Source of the DNA: Candidatus Bipolaricaulota bacterium
Lineage (GTDB): Bacteria; Bipolaricaulota; Bipolaricaulia; UBA7950; UBA9294
NCBI GenBank assembly: GCA_028278555.1
Contig: JANQEA010000035.1
Span: 152,089-216,088, forward strand
Length of the DNA stretch: 64,000 nt
Direction of reading: 5' to 3'
The notes under the pieces were generated by a model. That model searched no databases. It saw only the letters and a program-made list of their open reading frames with translations, and was not told the origin of the DNA. This document shows positions 8,443 through 17,866 of the stretch, piece after piece (position 1 is the stretch's first letter; every line of letters starts with the position of its first letter). The position numbers and the translations under genes were made by a program.

Positions 8443-9140
8443 GGTTTCCTCGCGACGTACAGCCCGCGGCCGGTCAGGCCCTCCGGATCATGCCGGACGT
8501 CGAGTCCGGCGGCGATGAACGCCTCGGTCATCTCCTCGACCGTGTACAGGCCGAGTTCGTGGTGCTCGACGACGTGCTCCGTCTTCTCCGGCGTCCCGAT
8601 CAAGTGATGGAGATCGAAGATCGAAACGTGTCCCTCGACGGCACTCGAGTTGATCCGCGCAATCTTCAGCTCCGGATCGTCGATGAACATGCCGTGAACG
8701 GAGTTTGGCATCCACGCGTCCGGCGTGATCCACGGCTCGATGATCAGCAGGCCGCCCGGAACGAGGTGGTCGGCCATCCGGCCGATCGCACGGTGAAGGT
8801 CGTCGTGAGTCGTCATGTAGCCGATCGAGCTGAACAGGCAGGTGATGACGTCGTAGCGCGTCTCAAGCTCGAACGTCTGCATGTCGGCGGCGTGGTACGT
8901 CAGCTCCGGGCTCCGCTCTCGGGCGATGGCGAGCAGATCCGGCGAAAGATCGAGTCCCTCGGCGTCGAAGTGCGCCTTCAGGTGTTCCAGGTGGAGCCCG
9001 GTCCCGCAGGCGACGTCGAGAAGTCGCCGCCCGCCGGTCTGAAGCTCGGCCTCGACGATCGCGACGACCTTCGCCGCCTCGGCGGCGTAGTCCTTGAATG
9101 CGTAGATCCGATCGTAGTAGCGCGCTGTCTGAGCGAACAT
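8439..9140 (-). CDS. Class I SAM-dependent methyltransferase (TylM1/DesVI-like small-molecule N-methyltransferase family)
   Basis: ARYYDRIY N-terminus, an LLDVACGTG SAM-binding motif and a DVITCLFSSIGY region, 233 aa. Confidence 0.85.
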   Translation of the reverse strand: MFAQTARYYDRIYAFKDYAAEAAKVVAIVEAELQTGGRRLLDVACGTGLHLEHLKAHFDAEGLDLSPDLLAIARERSPELTYHAADMQTFELETRYDVITCLFSSIGYMTTHDDLHRAIGRMADHLVPGGLLIIEPWITPDAWMPNSVHGMFIDDPELKIARINSSAVEGHVSIFDLHHLIGTPEKTEHVVEHHELGLYTVEEMTEAFIAAGLDVRHDPEGLTGRGLYVARKP

Positions 9141-9200
9141 CCCGCCCCCTTTGACGATGGATCGTACCGACGCGCCCGCGGGCGATCCAGGGAGGATCGG

Positions 9201-10268
9201 CTATTCGTCGTCGGGCGGGCGATTCACCGGGCGATCGTCCTTCGGCGTCAGATCGCGCGTCCGGCCCTCGTACCAATCGAAGTACTTCAGCGTCCCGGTC
9301 TTCCCCTGCTCGATCAGCTTCCGCTTGTCGGCGCGACTGATCCCGAAGTCGGTCGTCTTGATCTTCAGCGTGTTGATGTAGACGGTCCGATGCCAGTCGT
9401 CGCTGTGGAGGTGCCGGTTGTTCTGCGCGTTCAACAGTGTCTTGATCAACGACCAGCTGTACTCGAACAGGTCGTCGATATCCCGATGAGCCGGCGGCTT
9501 CTCCCGACGGAAGACGGCGATCTCCTGTTCGGTATCGAGTCGGAAGCCGAGCGTCTGCCGGTTGTAGAAGTAGGGATTCCCCTTCGCTTCTTTCCGACGG
9601 TTGATCTTCATGTAGTACGGCGTCTTCCGGAGATGGGTCGCCCGCTCCTTCGACGGAACGTACTTCTGTCGGTCGAACAGCTTCACCGGGTAGTTGTCGA
9701 GCACCCCACCGTCGACGTAGACGTCGCCGCGTCGATTTCGGACGGCGGCGAAGAAGAGCGGGATCGACATCGACATCCGGACCGCCTTGGCGACGCGCAT
9801 GTTCGGCGTCCGCTCGGCCGAGAAGACCTCCTCAAACCCGGTGCTCAGATTCGTTCCGATCAGGTAGAGCCCCCGATGGCCCGTCCGCTTCAGCTGCGCG
9901 AAGGTGACGTCGGCCGGCTGACCTTTCGTCTCGATCCGCTTGCCGATCCACTCCTCGAAGTAGTCCCCCTTGAACCATCCGAACTCGTCGCGGAGCCGAT
10001 CGAAGTTCCGGAGCAGCCCCCATGACTTGTCGAGGAAGTTCCGGAAGTCGAGTTTCAGGAGGATGTCGAGCATCTCCTTCCTCGTGTAGCCGAGCGCGAG
10101 CAAGACCGCGTTGATCGCGCCGGCCGAGGCGCCGCCGACCCGGACAACGTCTTTCAGGATCTTCCTCTCCTCCAGGACTTCCAGGGCTCCAACGTATGCG
10201 ATCCCCTTCACTCCGCCGCCTTCGAACACGAGATTCCGAAACGGGTACTTCACACTCGCCACCTCCAT
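9201..10268 (-). CDS. Patatin-like phospholipase
   Basis: FEGGGVKG oxyanion motif, GASAG nucleophile elbow and a DGG catalytic Asp region. The start is either the ATG at 10268 or the ATG at 10292. Confidence 0.85.
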   Translation of the reverse strand: MEVASVKYPFRNLVFEGGGVKGIAYVGALEVLEERKILKDVVRVGGASAGAINAVLLALGYTRKEMLDILLKLDFRNFLDKSWGLLRNFDRLRDEFGWFKGDYFEEWIGKRIETKGQPADVTFAQLKRTGHRGLYLIGTNLSTGFEEVFSAERTPNMRVAKAVRMSMSIPLFFAAVRNRRGDVYVDGGVLDNYPVKLFDRQKYVPSKERATHLRKTPYYMKINRRKEAKGNPYFYNRQTLGFRLDTEQEIAVFRREKPPAHRDIDDLFEYSWSLIKTLLNAQNNRHLHSDDWHRTVYINTLKIKTTDFGISRADKRKLIEQGKTGTLKYFDWYEGRTRDLTPKDDRPVNRPPDDE

Positions 10269-10407
10269 GTGGATCCCGATTCTTGCGCACATCCTAACGG
10301 ATGGTGTTCAAAGGAACGAAACGCGGCCTCGACCACCGTTCGGGCCGGCGCTACACTTGAACCGAGTTCTCAGCCGGAGGAAGGCGGGCGGACGATCCGA
10401 TTTGACG

Positions 10408-11400
10408 ATGGACCGGTACGAACAGATCCCGGAATCGGAGAAGCGCGATCGCTACGAGCGGCTCGCGCGGAAGGCCCTCGCCGCGTACGGGCTGCCCGAC
10501 GTGCGGCTGACCCCGATCGGCACGTCGACGCTTGACGTCTTCGAGGTATCGACGGGCGATCCTTCGAGGCACTACGCACTTCGGATCTGTCCGCCGGAGG
10601 TATCGACCGACCGACTCCAGCGTGAGATCCTCTGGCTGACGGCCCTCCGTCGCGACACGAACCTGTCGGTCCCCGAGCCGATTCTCAGCCTGGACGGTGA
10701 GCTGATCCGGAAGGTGGCTGTCGCGGGGGTTCATGGCTTCCGTCCGTGCATCCTCTTCCGCTGGGTCGAGGGCGAAACCTCCGGCGAGCTGACGCCGGAG
10801 CAGCTCCACGCCGTCGGTCGACTGATGGGACAGCTCCACGCACATGCCGAGACGTTCCGCTGGCCGGAGGAGATCACGCCGCCGCGGCGGAACGCGACGA
10901 TGATGTCCGAGGTTCTCGACGAGGATCTGGTCGCGGCGCACTACGGGCCCGTTCGTCTCGACGTCTTCCGAAAGGCGATCGAGTCGATCGCAACAACGAT
11001 GGGCCGTCTTCGGGACGGGTCGGGCGTCGCCGGCGTGATCCACGGCCGGCTGAACCCACGCCGTCTTCTCTTCGCTGAGGAGGGCGTGGGTGCCGTCGGG
11101 TTTGCGGCCTGCCGATGGGGGTACTACGCCTACGATCTCGCGACGATCCGAAGCCACGTTGCAGGACGGGAGATCGGCGCCGCGCTCGTCGCCGAACTCC
11201 TCAAAGGGTATCGATCGGTCCGCGAACTCCCGCCGGAGGTCGAGCGAGCGATTCCCGCATTCGAGGCGCTTCACTCGATCGACCGAATCCAGAAGGCGCT
11301 ACGACGGCCCGATCGAACAAGTGCGAGCGATCGGAACCTCAAGGGAGAATTCGAGGCGCTCCATCGCGGATGGACGTCCGCGGACCACTTGGAGAGATGA
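10408..11400 (+). CDS. Phosphotransferase-family protein (APH / homoserine-kinase-II-like kinase fold)
   Basis: The in-frame ATG at 10408 gives MDRYEQ…AAYGLPDVRLTPIGTSTLDVFEV…, with an HGRLNPRRLLF (Brenner-like) motif and a D…IDRIQ segment. The upstream part of track ORF 10111..11400 overlaps the patatin gene and was rejected. Confidence 0.8.
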   Translation: MDRYEQIPESEKRDRYERLARKALAAYGLPDVRLTPIGTSTLDVFEVSTGDPSRHYALRICPPEVSTDRLQREILWLTALRRDTNLSVPEPILSLDGELIRKVAVAGVHGFRPCILFRWVEGETSGELTPEQLHAVGRLMGQLHAHAETFRWPEEITPPRRNATMMSEVLDEDLVAAHYGPVRLDVFRKAIESIATTMGRLRDGSGVAGVIHGRLNPRRLLFAEEGVGAVGFAACRWGYYAYDLATIRSHVAGREIGAALVAELLKGYRSVRELPPEVERAIPAFEALHSIDRIQKALRRPDRTSASDRNLKGEFEALHRGWTSADHLER

Positions 11401-11451
11401 GGGGGTTGGGTGTGCCGCCCGAAGGCGACACACCCGGGTAGGTGGGTTGAG

Positions 11452-12267
11452 CTAGAAACCCCAAACGGTCGGATCGAACGTCGTCAGGCTGTCCGGCGAG
11501 AAGACCTCATCGGCGATCTCGGCGTCGGGCCGTCGACGCTCGATCAAGGTGATCAGCGTCGAGCTTTCGTCGAGCACATCGGTGCTCAGCATTTCCGCAA
11601 ACGTCAGCATCCCCTCGAACTCGGTCAGGGAGATGACTTCGATCGTCGACGAGAGGTTCCCGAGGTCGTTGTACGACTCGGCCTTCAGCATCAGGAACGC
11701 TTCGGTATCGACCCAGATGATCGAGCGGGGCGTATCGGTGTCGACGCCCTCCTTCGCGACCGATTCGATCACGTAGGCCATCCGCGTCTCCTCGCCGATC
11801 ACCAGCTCCTCCTCACGAAGGATCGTCGCCACGAAGTCGTCCCGGTCGTTCTCGCCACCGAGATCGTCGTACGACATCGAGCTCCCGGCAAAGCTGCCGC
11901 CGCGCTCCTCGTCCGAAACGAGTTCCTTCGGGATGCCGAGGAGCGGAAGGTAGAGCCAGAGGCGCGAGTCGTCGCCGTCATCGATCTCATGGGTCAGGAA
12001 GATCGTCCCGGCCACGTCGGTTGGCTCGATGAAGTAGATGAGCGAGAAGCCGGGCTTCGACAGCATCCCGAACAGGTTGCCTGAAGTCGTCCCGTCGCGG
12101 TACGTGTTGTCGAACCGAAGCGTCCCGATCATGCTCCCTTCGGCCAGCTTGTCGGCTTCCTCTTCCATCCGGTCGAGGATCTCGTCGGCGGTCAACGCCG
12201 CCGCCGCGAATCCCGCCAGAAGCACCATCACTGCCGTGATCGTCCAAACCATCGTCTTCTTGTACAT
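11452..12267 (-). CDS. LolA-like / outer-membrane lipoprotein-sorting-like periplasmic protein (MMPL partner)
   Basis: 271 aa with a signal peptide (MVWTITAVMVLLAGFAAAALTA). The family commonly sits beside MMPL/RND exporters. It lies 46 nt downstream of the MMPL gene on the same strand. Confidence 0.7.
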   Translation of the reverse strand: MYKKTMVWTITAVMVLLAGFAAAALTADEILDRMEEEADKLAEGSMIGTLRFDNTYRDGTTSGNLFGMLSKPGFSLIYFIEPTDVAGTIFLTHEIDDGDDSRLWLYLPLLGIPKELVSDEERGGSFAGSSMSYDDLGGENDRDDFVATILREEELVIGEETRMAYVIESVAKEGVDTDTPRSIIWVDTEAFLMLKAESYNDLGNLSSTIEVISLTEFEGMLTFAEMLSTDVLDESSTLITLIERRRPDAEIADEVFSPDSLTTFDPTVWGF

Positions 12268-12313
12268 GTCGTTCCTCCCTAGGTGATCTACCTGAATTCG
12301 TTGATCTCGTTTG

Positions 12314-14620
12314 CTATCGATCGCGCTTCCACGCTGCTCGCGACAGGAACTTCGGTTGCCACTGCACGAGGATCGCCGGGATGATCGAGATCGCCGACAG
12401 GGCGCTCACGCCCATCGTCAGTGCAATCTGCCAGCCGAACGTTCGGATTCCCTTGAACGAGGCGAAGATCAGGATGAAGAACCCGAGCGCAACCGTAAGG
12501 GCGTTGTAGGTAATGCCGCGTCCCGTCGTCTGGATCGTCGCCTGGAGCGATCGCTCGGCATTCCGGTCCTTTCGGTACTCCGCACGGAAGCGGGAGATGA
12601 AGTGGATCGAGTAGTCAACCCCGATGCCGATCGCGACGACCGAGACCATCAGCGTCATGATGTCGAGCGGCTGGCCGGTGTAGGCCATGATCCCCATCGA
12701 GAACGTCACCGTCAGGATCAGCGGAATCGCCGCAATCAGGCCGGCGACGACCGATCCCATCAAGATCATGACGAGCACGGCGACGGCAGAGATCGTCGTT
12801 GCCAGACCGATCAGCTGGCTGTTCTGCATCTGGGTGAACATCCGGTTCATCAGCGTCGTTCCGCCGATCATCCGGACTCTCATGGTTCCATCTGCAGGGA
12901 AGTGCTCGTCGAGGTAGCCTTGCACGAGCTTCGCGAGGCGGGAGACGTTGCCGGATGAGCCCATCTGATACATCCCGGTCACCGTCCCGGCGGAGAAGTC
13001 GCCGACGGCCATGTCGCCGAGTGTCCCACCCTGGAACGTGTACAGAAGCAAGAGCTGCGAGATCATCTCCCGACTCTCGGGGATGACATAGTAGGCCGGA
13101 TCGTCGGCGTTGAACTTCTCGTTCATCTGCCGGACGAGCGTCGTCAACGAGAAGGTCTTTGCGACACCGTTGTCGAGGAGGAACGCCTCCAGATCGAGCA
13201 TCGCGTTCAGCACCACCGGATCCTTCAATCCGTCCCGGCGCCCCGTATCGAACTCGACCATCAGACTCATATCACCGGAGAAGTACTCCGACGTGAAGTC
13301 GAGGATCTGAACCGCCTCGTGCTCCTCGCCGAGGAATTCCTCGTTCGACGTCTCAATTCGCAGACGCGGGATCCCGGCGACCATCACGCCGAAGATGATC
13401 AACGCCACGAGAAGGACCGTCTTCCGGTGTCCGACGATGACCTTTTCGAACGCAATGAGGACGCGCGTCAGTGGCCGGAACCCCTTCTTGCTCAGATCTC
13501 GAACTCTCGGCTTCTTCAGCAGCGAGAAGACGGCCGGAATCATCACGAGCGAGAAGAGCATCGCAGCCAAGACGCCGATTGCCGTGACGATGCCGAAATG
13601 GCGCTGAGGTACGAGGAACGCCGAAAGAAGTGACAGGAAACCGACGGCGGTCGTCAGCGAGGTCATGACCACCGGCGCCTTCATCTCCTGCATCGTGTTG
13701 AAGATCGCTTCGCGCTTCTCGATCCCCTTGGCGATCTCCTCGTTATAGCGGTTCAGGACGTGGATCGCATCGGCAATACCGATCGCCAGGAGGAGGATCG
13801 GCGCGATGAACGACATCGTCGTCATCGGGAAGCCGAGAAGGACCATTGCCCCCATCGCAACGATCACCGACAACAGCACGATCGCAATCGGCAGGAGAAT
13901 CCCGCGGATCGTCACGAACGATGCGAACAGGAGCGCGACCATCACGAGGATCGCCAGCGGAAAGAGGAGCGTCGTGTCGGCTTCCATCTCCTCCGCCATG
14001 ACCGTGTCGAAGTACGCGTCGCCGTAGATGTACAGGGTGTCACCGTCGCCGCGGTTCTCGTCGACGATGGCGACGATGTCCGGCGTGATGCCGTACTCGT
14101 CGGCCCCGACCTCGAGTTCGATGTTGATCAGCGCAGCCTGCCCGGACTCGCTGACAACGCCACCGATCAGGTTCTCATCGGCCATCAGCCGCTCGCGGAA
14201 GATCTCCATGTCTTCCGGTGTCCGCGGCGCGACGCCGTCTGGCGCGGCCTTGCGGACAGAAAGCGCCGTCTCGGTTCCGACAATCGTCTGGGAGTTCAGC
14301 GGCGTGCTGACCGCCTTGACCCCCGGAATCGCCTCGATCCCGTCGGTCATCCGCTCGATCTTTCCGAGCGTCGTCTCGTTGAAGATGCCGCCCTCGTTGA
14401 ACAGCATCACCATGATCCCCCACGACCGGCCGTACCGCTCCTCCGCCTCGTCCATCAGGACGATGATCGGATCGTCATCGGCCATGAACTCGCGGAAGTC
14501 GGTCTCCTGCTCCAGAAACTGGATCGGGTACGCAAGAGCCACGGCTAGCAACAGCGTCGCGGCGATCGTCCAGATTGGATGATCGACCGCAAATCGAATC
14601 AATCGGTTCATCGGATCCAT
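12314..14620 (-). CDS. MMPL-family RND-superfamily transporter (HpnN-like lipid exporter type)
   Basis: About 770 aa with 12 predicted TM helices and two periplasmic loops. The ATG at 14611 forms an ATGA overlap with the stop of the upstream gene. The ATG at 14620 and the track start at 14659 are alternatives. Confidence 0.9.
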   Translation of the reverse strand: MDPMNRLIRFAVDHPIWTIAATLLLAVALAYPIQFLEQETDFREFMADDDPIIVLMDEAEERYGRSWGIMVMLFNEGGIFNETTLGKIERMTDGIEAIPGVKAVSTPLNSQTIVGTETALSVRKAAPDGVAPRTPEDMEIFRERLMADENLIGGVVSESGQAALINIELEVGADEYGITPDIVAIVDENRGDGDTLYIYGDAYFDTVMAEEMEADTTLLFPLAILVMVALLFASFVTIRGILLPIAIVLLSVIVAMGAMVLLGFPMTTMSFIAPILLLAIGIADAIHVLNRYNEEIAKGIEKREAIFNTMQEMKAPVVMTSLTTAVGFLSLLSAFLVPQRHFGIVTAIGVLAAMLFSLVMIPAVFSLLKKPRVRDLSKKGFRPLTRVLIAFEKVIVGHRKTVLLVALIIFGVMVAGIPRLRIETSNEEFLGEEHEAVQILDFTSEYFSGDMSLMVEFDTGRRDGLKDPVVLNAMLDLEAFLLDNGVAKTFSLTTLVRQMNEKFNADDPAYYVIPESREMISQLLLLYTFQGGTLGDMAVGDFSAGTVTGMYQMGSSGNVSRLAKLVQGYLDEHFPADGTMRVRMIGGTTLMNRMFTQMQNSQLIGLATTISAVAVLVMILMGSVVAGLIAAIPLILTVTFSMGIMAYTGQPLDIMTLMVSVVAIGIGVDYSIHFISRFRAEYRKDRNAERSLQATIQTTGRGITYNALTVALGFFILIFASFKGIRTFGWQIALTMGVSALSAISIIPAILVQWQPKFLSRAAWKRDR

Positions 14621-15114
14621 CCCTTCGTCGAATAGGCGGCCCAGAGCAGGCCGGGCCAAAGGTCTTCGGTCACGTCAATCCCCTCGCCGATCCCGGCAAA
14701 AACCTGCTCGATGATTCCTGCGATTGCGTCGAGCCCGGCAGCCACGCTCGGCGACAGTGCGCTCATCCCGGCGCTGACGATCCATATGTGGCTCGCCGTT
14801 CCGTCGTCCAATCCTCTCGGAAGGATGACGATCAGGTCATACGGCTCCTCGTCCACGCCGGGGAGCCGGTCGGCAAGTGGGTCGTCGTAGCTCGACATCA
14901 CATCGGCGAGCGTGATCCCCACGTCGAACATCCCAACGGAGCGGAGCGCTCCGACCAATCCTGCGACGCGCATCGTCGAGTTGAACGTCTTTGTCTCGTC
15001 GACGACCAGCACCCTGACGAGGGGCGGAGCGTCCTGCGCGAGCCCGCCAAGCGGGATCGCGATCGCGACCATCATCAGCGCAATCAACAGAGCGTGCGAG
15101 CGTTTCGACATCAC
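14608..15114 (-). CDS. Secreted/periplasmic protein of unknown function (operon member)
   Basis: 168 aa with a signal peptide (MMSKRSHALLIALMMVAIAIPLGGLAQDA). It is translationally coupled at both ends, with a 4-nt overlap to the regulator upstream and to the MMPL gene downstream. Confidence 0.55.
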   Translation of the reverse strand: MMSKRSHALLIALMMVAIAIPLGGLAQDAPPLVRVLVVDETKTFNSTMRVAGLVGALRSVGMFDVGITLADVMSSYDDPLADRLPGVDEEPYDLIVILPRGLDDGTASHIWIVSAGMSALSPSVAAGLDAIAGIIEQVFAGIGEGIDVTEDLWPGLLWAAYSTKGWIR

Positions 15115-15617
15115 GAACCTCCTCCGTATTCGGCCATCCGTTCCTTCTTCAGTTCGGGGTATCGAACCTTCCAGCGGTCGGCCAATCGCGGAAGCTCTTC
15201 CTCGACGTAGTCGAAGAAGACCATCATCTCCAATAGTCGCTCTTTCGCCTCGATCGGTTCACCTTCGAGCGCGGCAAGACCGAGGGCCGCCAGTTCCTTG
15301 TGCCGCTGGAGGTGCTCCGTCCGCTGGACGTACATGTCCATCCAGATCCCCGGACGGATGCGATAGTAGTGGCGCCGATGTCCGGGAAGGCTCACCTTCT
15401 CAATCACACTAAGCCGCAGGAGCAGCCGGGTTGCCATGCTGATCGAACCCCGGCTCGCCTGGAGGCGCTCGGCCAGTTCGTCCATCGATAGGTACGGGGG
15501 CACACAAACCTGGAGTGCCCCCAGAACGCGGCCGGCCATGTGCGAGAGGCCATGCTCTTCCATCATGTCACCTGTCATCTCCACAAATCGCCTCTCGGCA
15601 TCGAGGGTCTTCACCAT
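15111..15617 (-). CDS. MarR-family (GbsR-like) transcriptional regulator
   Basis: 168 aa. A winged-HTH core (…YLSMDELAERLQASRGSISMATRLLLRLSVIEKVSLPGHRRHYYR…) is followed by a C-terminal extension. The start has an AGGAGG SD. Confidence 0.75.
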   Translation of the reverse strand: MVKTLDAERRFVEMTGDMMEEHGLSHMAGRVLGALQVCVPPYLSMDELAERLQASRGSISMATRLLLRLSVIEKVSLPGHRRHYYRIRPGIWMDMYVQRTEHLQRHKELAALGLAALEGEPIEAKERLLEMMVFFDYVEEELPRLADRWKVRYPELKKERMAEYGGGS

Positions 15618-15641
15618 GGATCCTCCTTCGAGCAGAGCACT

Positions 15642-15669
15642 ATTCTAATTGTTTTGTCTCTTCAGTCAA
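15642..15669 (-). promoter_or_regulatory. Candidate sigma70-type promoter for the MarR-MMPL operon
   Basis: On the minus strand: TTGACT, a 16-nt spacer, then TAGAAT, about 25 nt upstream of the AGGAGG-ATG of the regulator gene. The region is AT-rich. Confidence 0.4.
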
Positions 15670-15732
15670 GTTTGAAACCAGCGAACAGAAAAGGGATTGT
15701 TCACTGCCCGTTATTCACGAAACCTACACATT

Positions 15733-16518
15733 CTAGCGAGGCCGCGCCAGGAAGAGGGTTGCAACTTGGGGCCGATCGATCGACCCGCCGAATCGATCGA
15801 TCGTCGAACGGACGGCCTCCGAGAGGCTCCCGAACGTCGCACGATCGAGGGCGAGATGGTCGGAGTGCGTCCGGAGGAGTCGAAGGTATCGTTCCGTCGC
15901 GTAGGTGGATGTCCACGGGACTCTCACGACGTCTGGCTCGTCGAAGAGGCCCGAGGCGCGGATTTCGCGCAGCGTACGCTCGACCCGATCTTCCAGCGAC
16001 GACCGCCAAGAGGCACGGCCAAGCTGCGGCGCGCATGAGCGATAGACCTCGTCGAGCGCCCGGTAAACCGGTGCATCGGATCCTGGGAAGAGGTTCCAGA
16101 TGAGCGCGAGGTGGCCGGGCGATCGAAGCGCCGCGTGGGCTTTTCGGTAGCCAATCGTCGGTTCGATCCAGTGAAACGCCTGCGCCGAGACGACAAGCTC
16201 GTAGGCGCACGGCTCGACGTCCCAGGTCTCGAAGTCGGCGCAGTCGACGGTCGCATTCGGAAATCGTTCGAGGTTGTGCGCCGCCAGCCGACTCAGTTCT
16301 TCGCCGAGTTCGACCGCGGTGATCGCGTATCCACGCTTCGCCAGGAGGACGGTCAGCTGCCCGGTCCCGCAGCCGATCTCGAGAATCGATCCGCCGCCCG
16401 GGATCCCTGATCGAGCAACCAGCTCGTCGATCAGCTCCACCGGATACCCAGGACGGGCAGCATCGTAGTCGGCTGCAGCCCCGTCAAACAGCCGGCGATC
16501 GCTTCGATTGAACGTCAT
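15733..16518 (-). CDS. Class I SAM-dependent methyltransferase
   Basis: LEIGCGTGQLTVLLAKRGYAITAVEL SAM-binding motif, 261 aa. Confidence 0.85.
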   Translation of the reverse strand: MTFNRSDRRLFDGAAADYDAARPGYPVELIDELVARSGIPGGGSILEIGCGTGQLTVLLAKRGYAITAVELGEELSRLAAHNLERFPNATVDCADFETWDVEPCAYELVVSAQAFHWIEPTIGYRKAHAALRSPGHLALIWNLFPGSDAPVYRALDEVYRSCAPQLGRASWRSSLEDRVERTLREIRASGLFDEPDVVRVPWTSTYATERYLRLLRTHSDHLALDRATFGSLSEAVRSTIDRFGGSIDRPQVATLFLARPR

Positions 16519-16744
16519 GCCGTGGTCCTCCTGTTCAGGAATCCGGGGATTCTACGCAAGCGGATCGCCTCCGGCGAACCGGACACTCCGATTGCCGGAG
16601 ACGACGCGTTGGGCCCACCGCATCGCAGGTGGAGATCTCTCCCTTCTGCCGTAGACACACGGCGAGTCGGGGGGAGAGACGGACGCGAGACGATTCCGGG
16701 GATGCTCGGACTGTCAGTTCGCACCGTGAAGGAGGAAATCACCA

Positions 16745-17860
16745 ATGGATCCGATCGATGTTCGTGCCAAGTGGGTCGAGCCTCAGGCCGTCACTTCGTC
16801 TCGCTGCTTCGTCAAGGATCAGCACGACGTCCAGGCTGCCATCCGTGAGCTTCGCGAGAAGGCCGGAGCCACAGCGAGCGGGCCACCCGTCTGTCTCTTT
16901 CTGGGGCACGACCCGGAGAAGGGGTTCGAAGTCGAAATCGGCCTTCCGGTGTCCAATGCGGGATCGATCGGTGACCTCGAGATCAAGACGCTTCCCGGCG
17001 ATCACGTCCTCTGGACGCAGCACATCGGTCCGCACACGAAAGCCAACGGCGCGGCCGGGCTCCGCGAAACGGCCGAGCGGATGTGGGGATTCATTGCCGA
17101 GAAGAACCTTCTCGCCGGCGACAACCCGACACGCTACGTCTACCTCGAAGGGGGAGAGACACACGGCGAGCATGCCGAGCGGTACGTCACGGAGATCCAG
17201 ATCTCCTATCACTTCCCGCTCTGGATCGAGTCGCTCGAACGCGGCTTGAAGGAGCAGACCGGTGCCGAGACGGCCGCAGCCGTGACCGCCGGCGCCGATG
17301 CGGTCCGCCACAACTTCGACTCCGAGACACTCCGGTCGTGGGTCCTCGGAACGCTCGATCGCCTCGACGAATCGGTTCCGTCCGAGCGGACACGCGCCTG
17401 TGTCCTCAACGGGTGTGCCCATCGATACCCGAAGATCCAGCTCCTTCGGATGAAGGCGGCCTACGAAGAAGAAGGCGACATCCTCCGGTTCATCGAACGG
17501 CTCAATCGCGACAACGACCTGTTCCCGGCACGAATCTTCTGGAAGGGTGGGGACCCGAAGAACGTCATTTGCATCGAGAAGGTGATCCCTCCGTGGAATC
17601 GGCAGGCGTACGAGAAGGCAACCGATCCGGTTGAGAAGCGATACCTCGGCTGCTTCTGCTCGCTGGTGAAGGAGGTCATCCGCACCGGCGAGGAGCTGTC
17701 GCCGTCGTTCTGTCACTGCTCCGCCGGGTGGTTCGTCCAGATGTGGGAGACGGTTCTCGATCGAACCCCGATCCGCGTCGACATCGTCGAGTCGGTCCTC
17801 CGCGGAGACGACCGCTGCGTCTTCGCCATCCACCTTCCCGAGGAGCTGTTCGCCAAGTAA
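16745..17860 (+). CDS. GyrI-like small-molecule-binding domain fused to a cysteine-rich C-terminal domain of unknown function
   Basis: The N-terminal ~150 aa resemble the GyrI/AraC effector-binding fold. The C-terminal half carries clustered Cys/His (CVLNGCAH…CIEKV…LGCFCSLV…FCHCSAGW…RCVFAIH). An RBS (GAAGGAGG) precedes the ATG. Confidence 0.7.
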   Translation: MDPIDVRAKWVEPQAVTSSRCFVKDQHDVQAAIRELREKAGATASGPPVCLFLGHDPEKGFEVEIGLPVSNAGSIGDLEIKTLPGDHVLWTQHIGPHTKANGAAGLRETAERMWGFIAEKNLLAGDNPTRYVYLEGGETHGEHAERYVTEIQISYHFPLWIESLERGLKEQTGAETAAAVTAGADAVRHNFDSETLRSWVLGTLDRLDESVPSERTRACVLNGCAHRYPKIQLLRMKAAYEEEGDILRFIERLNRDNDLFPARIFWKGGDPKNVICIEKVIPPWNRQAYEKATDPVEKRYLGCFCSLVKEVIRTGEELSPSFCHCSAGWFVQMWETVLDRTPIRVDIVESVLRGDDRCVFAIHLPEELFAK

Positions 17861-17866
17861 TGGGTG

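Noticed and set aside
8433-10025. 530-aa plus-strand ORF
   Set aside because: It is antisense to the methyltransferase and patatin genes, with an R/D/V-rich nonsense composition.
12311-14582. Several plus-strand ORFs (12311..12958, 13760..14548, 14028..14582)
   Set aside because: They are antisense to the MMPL transporter gene, with extreme R/D/H bias.
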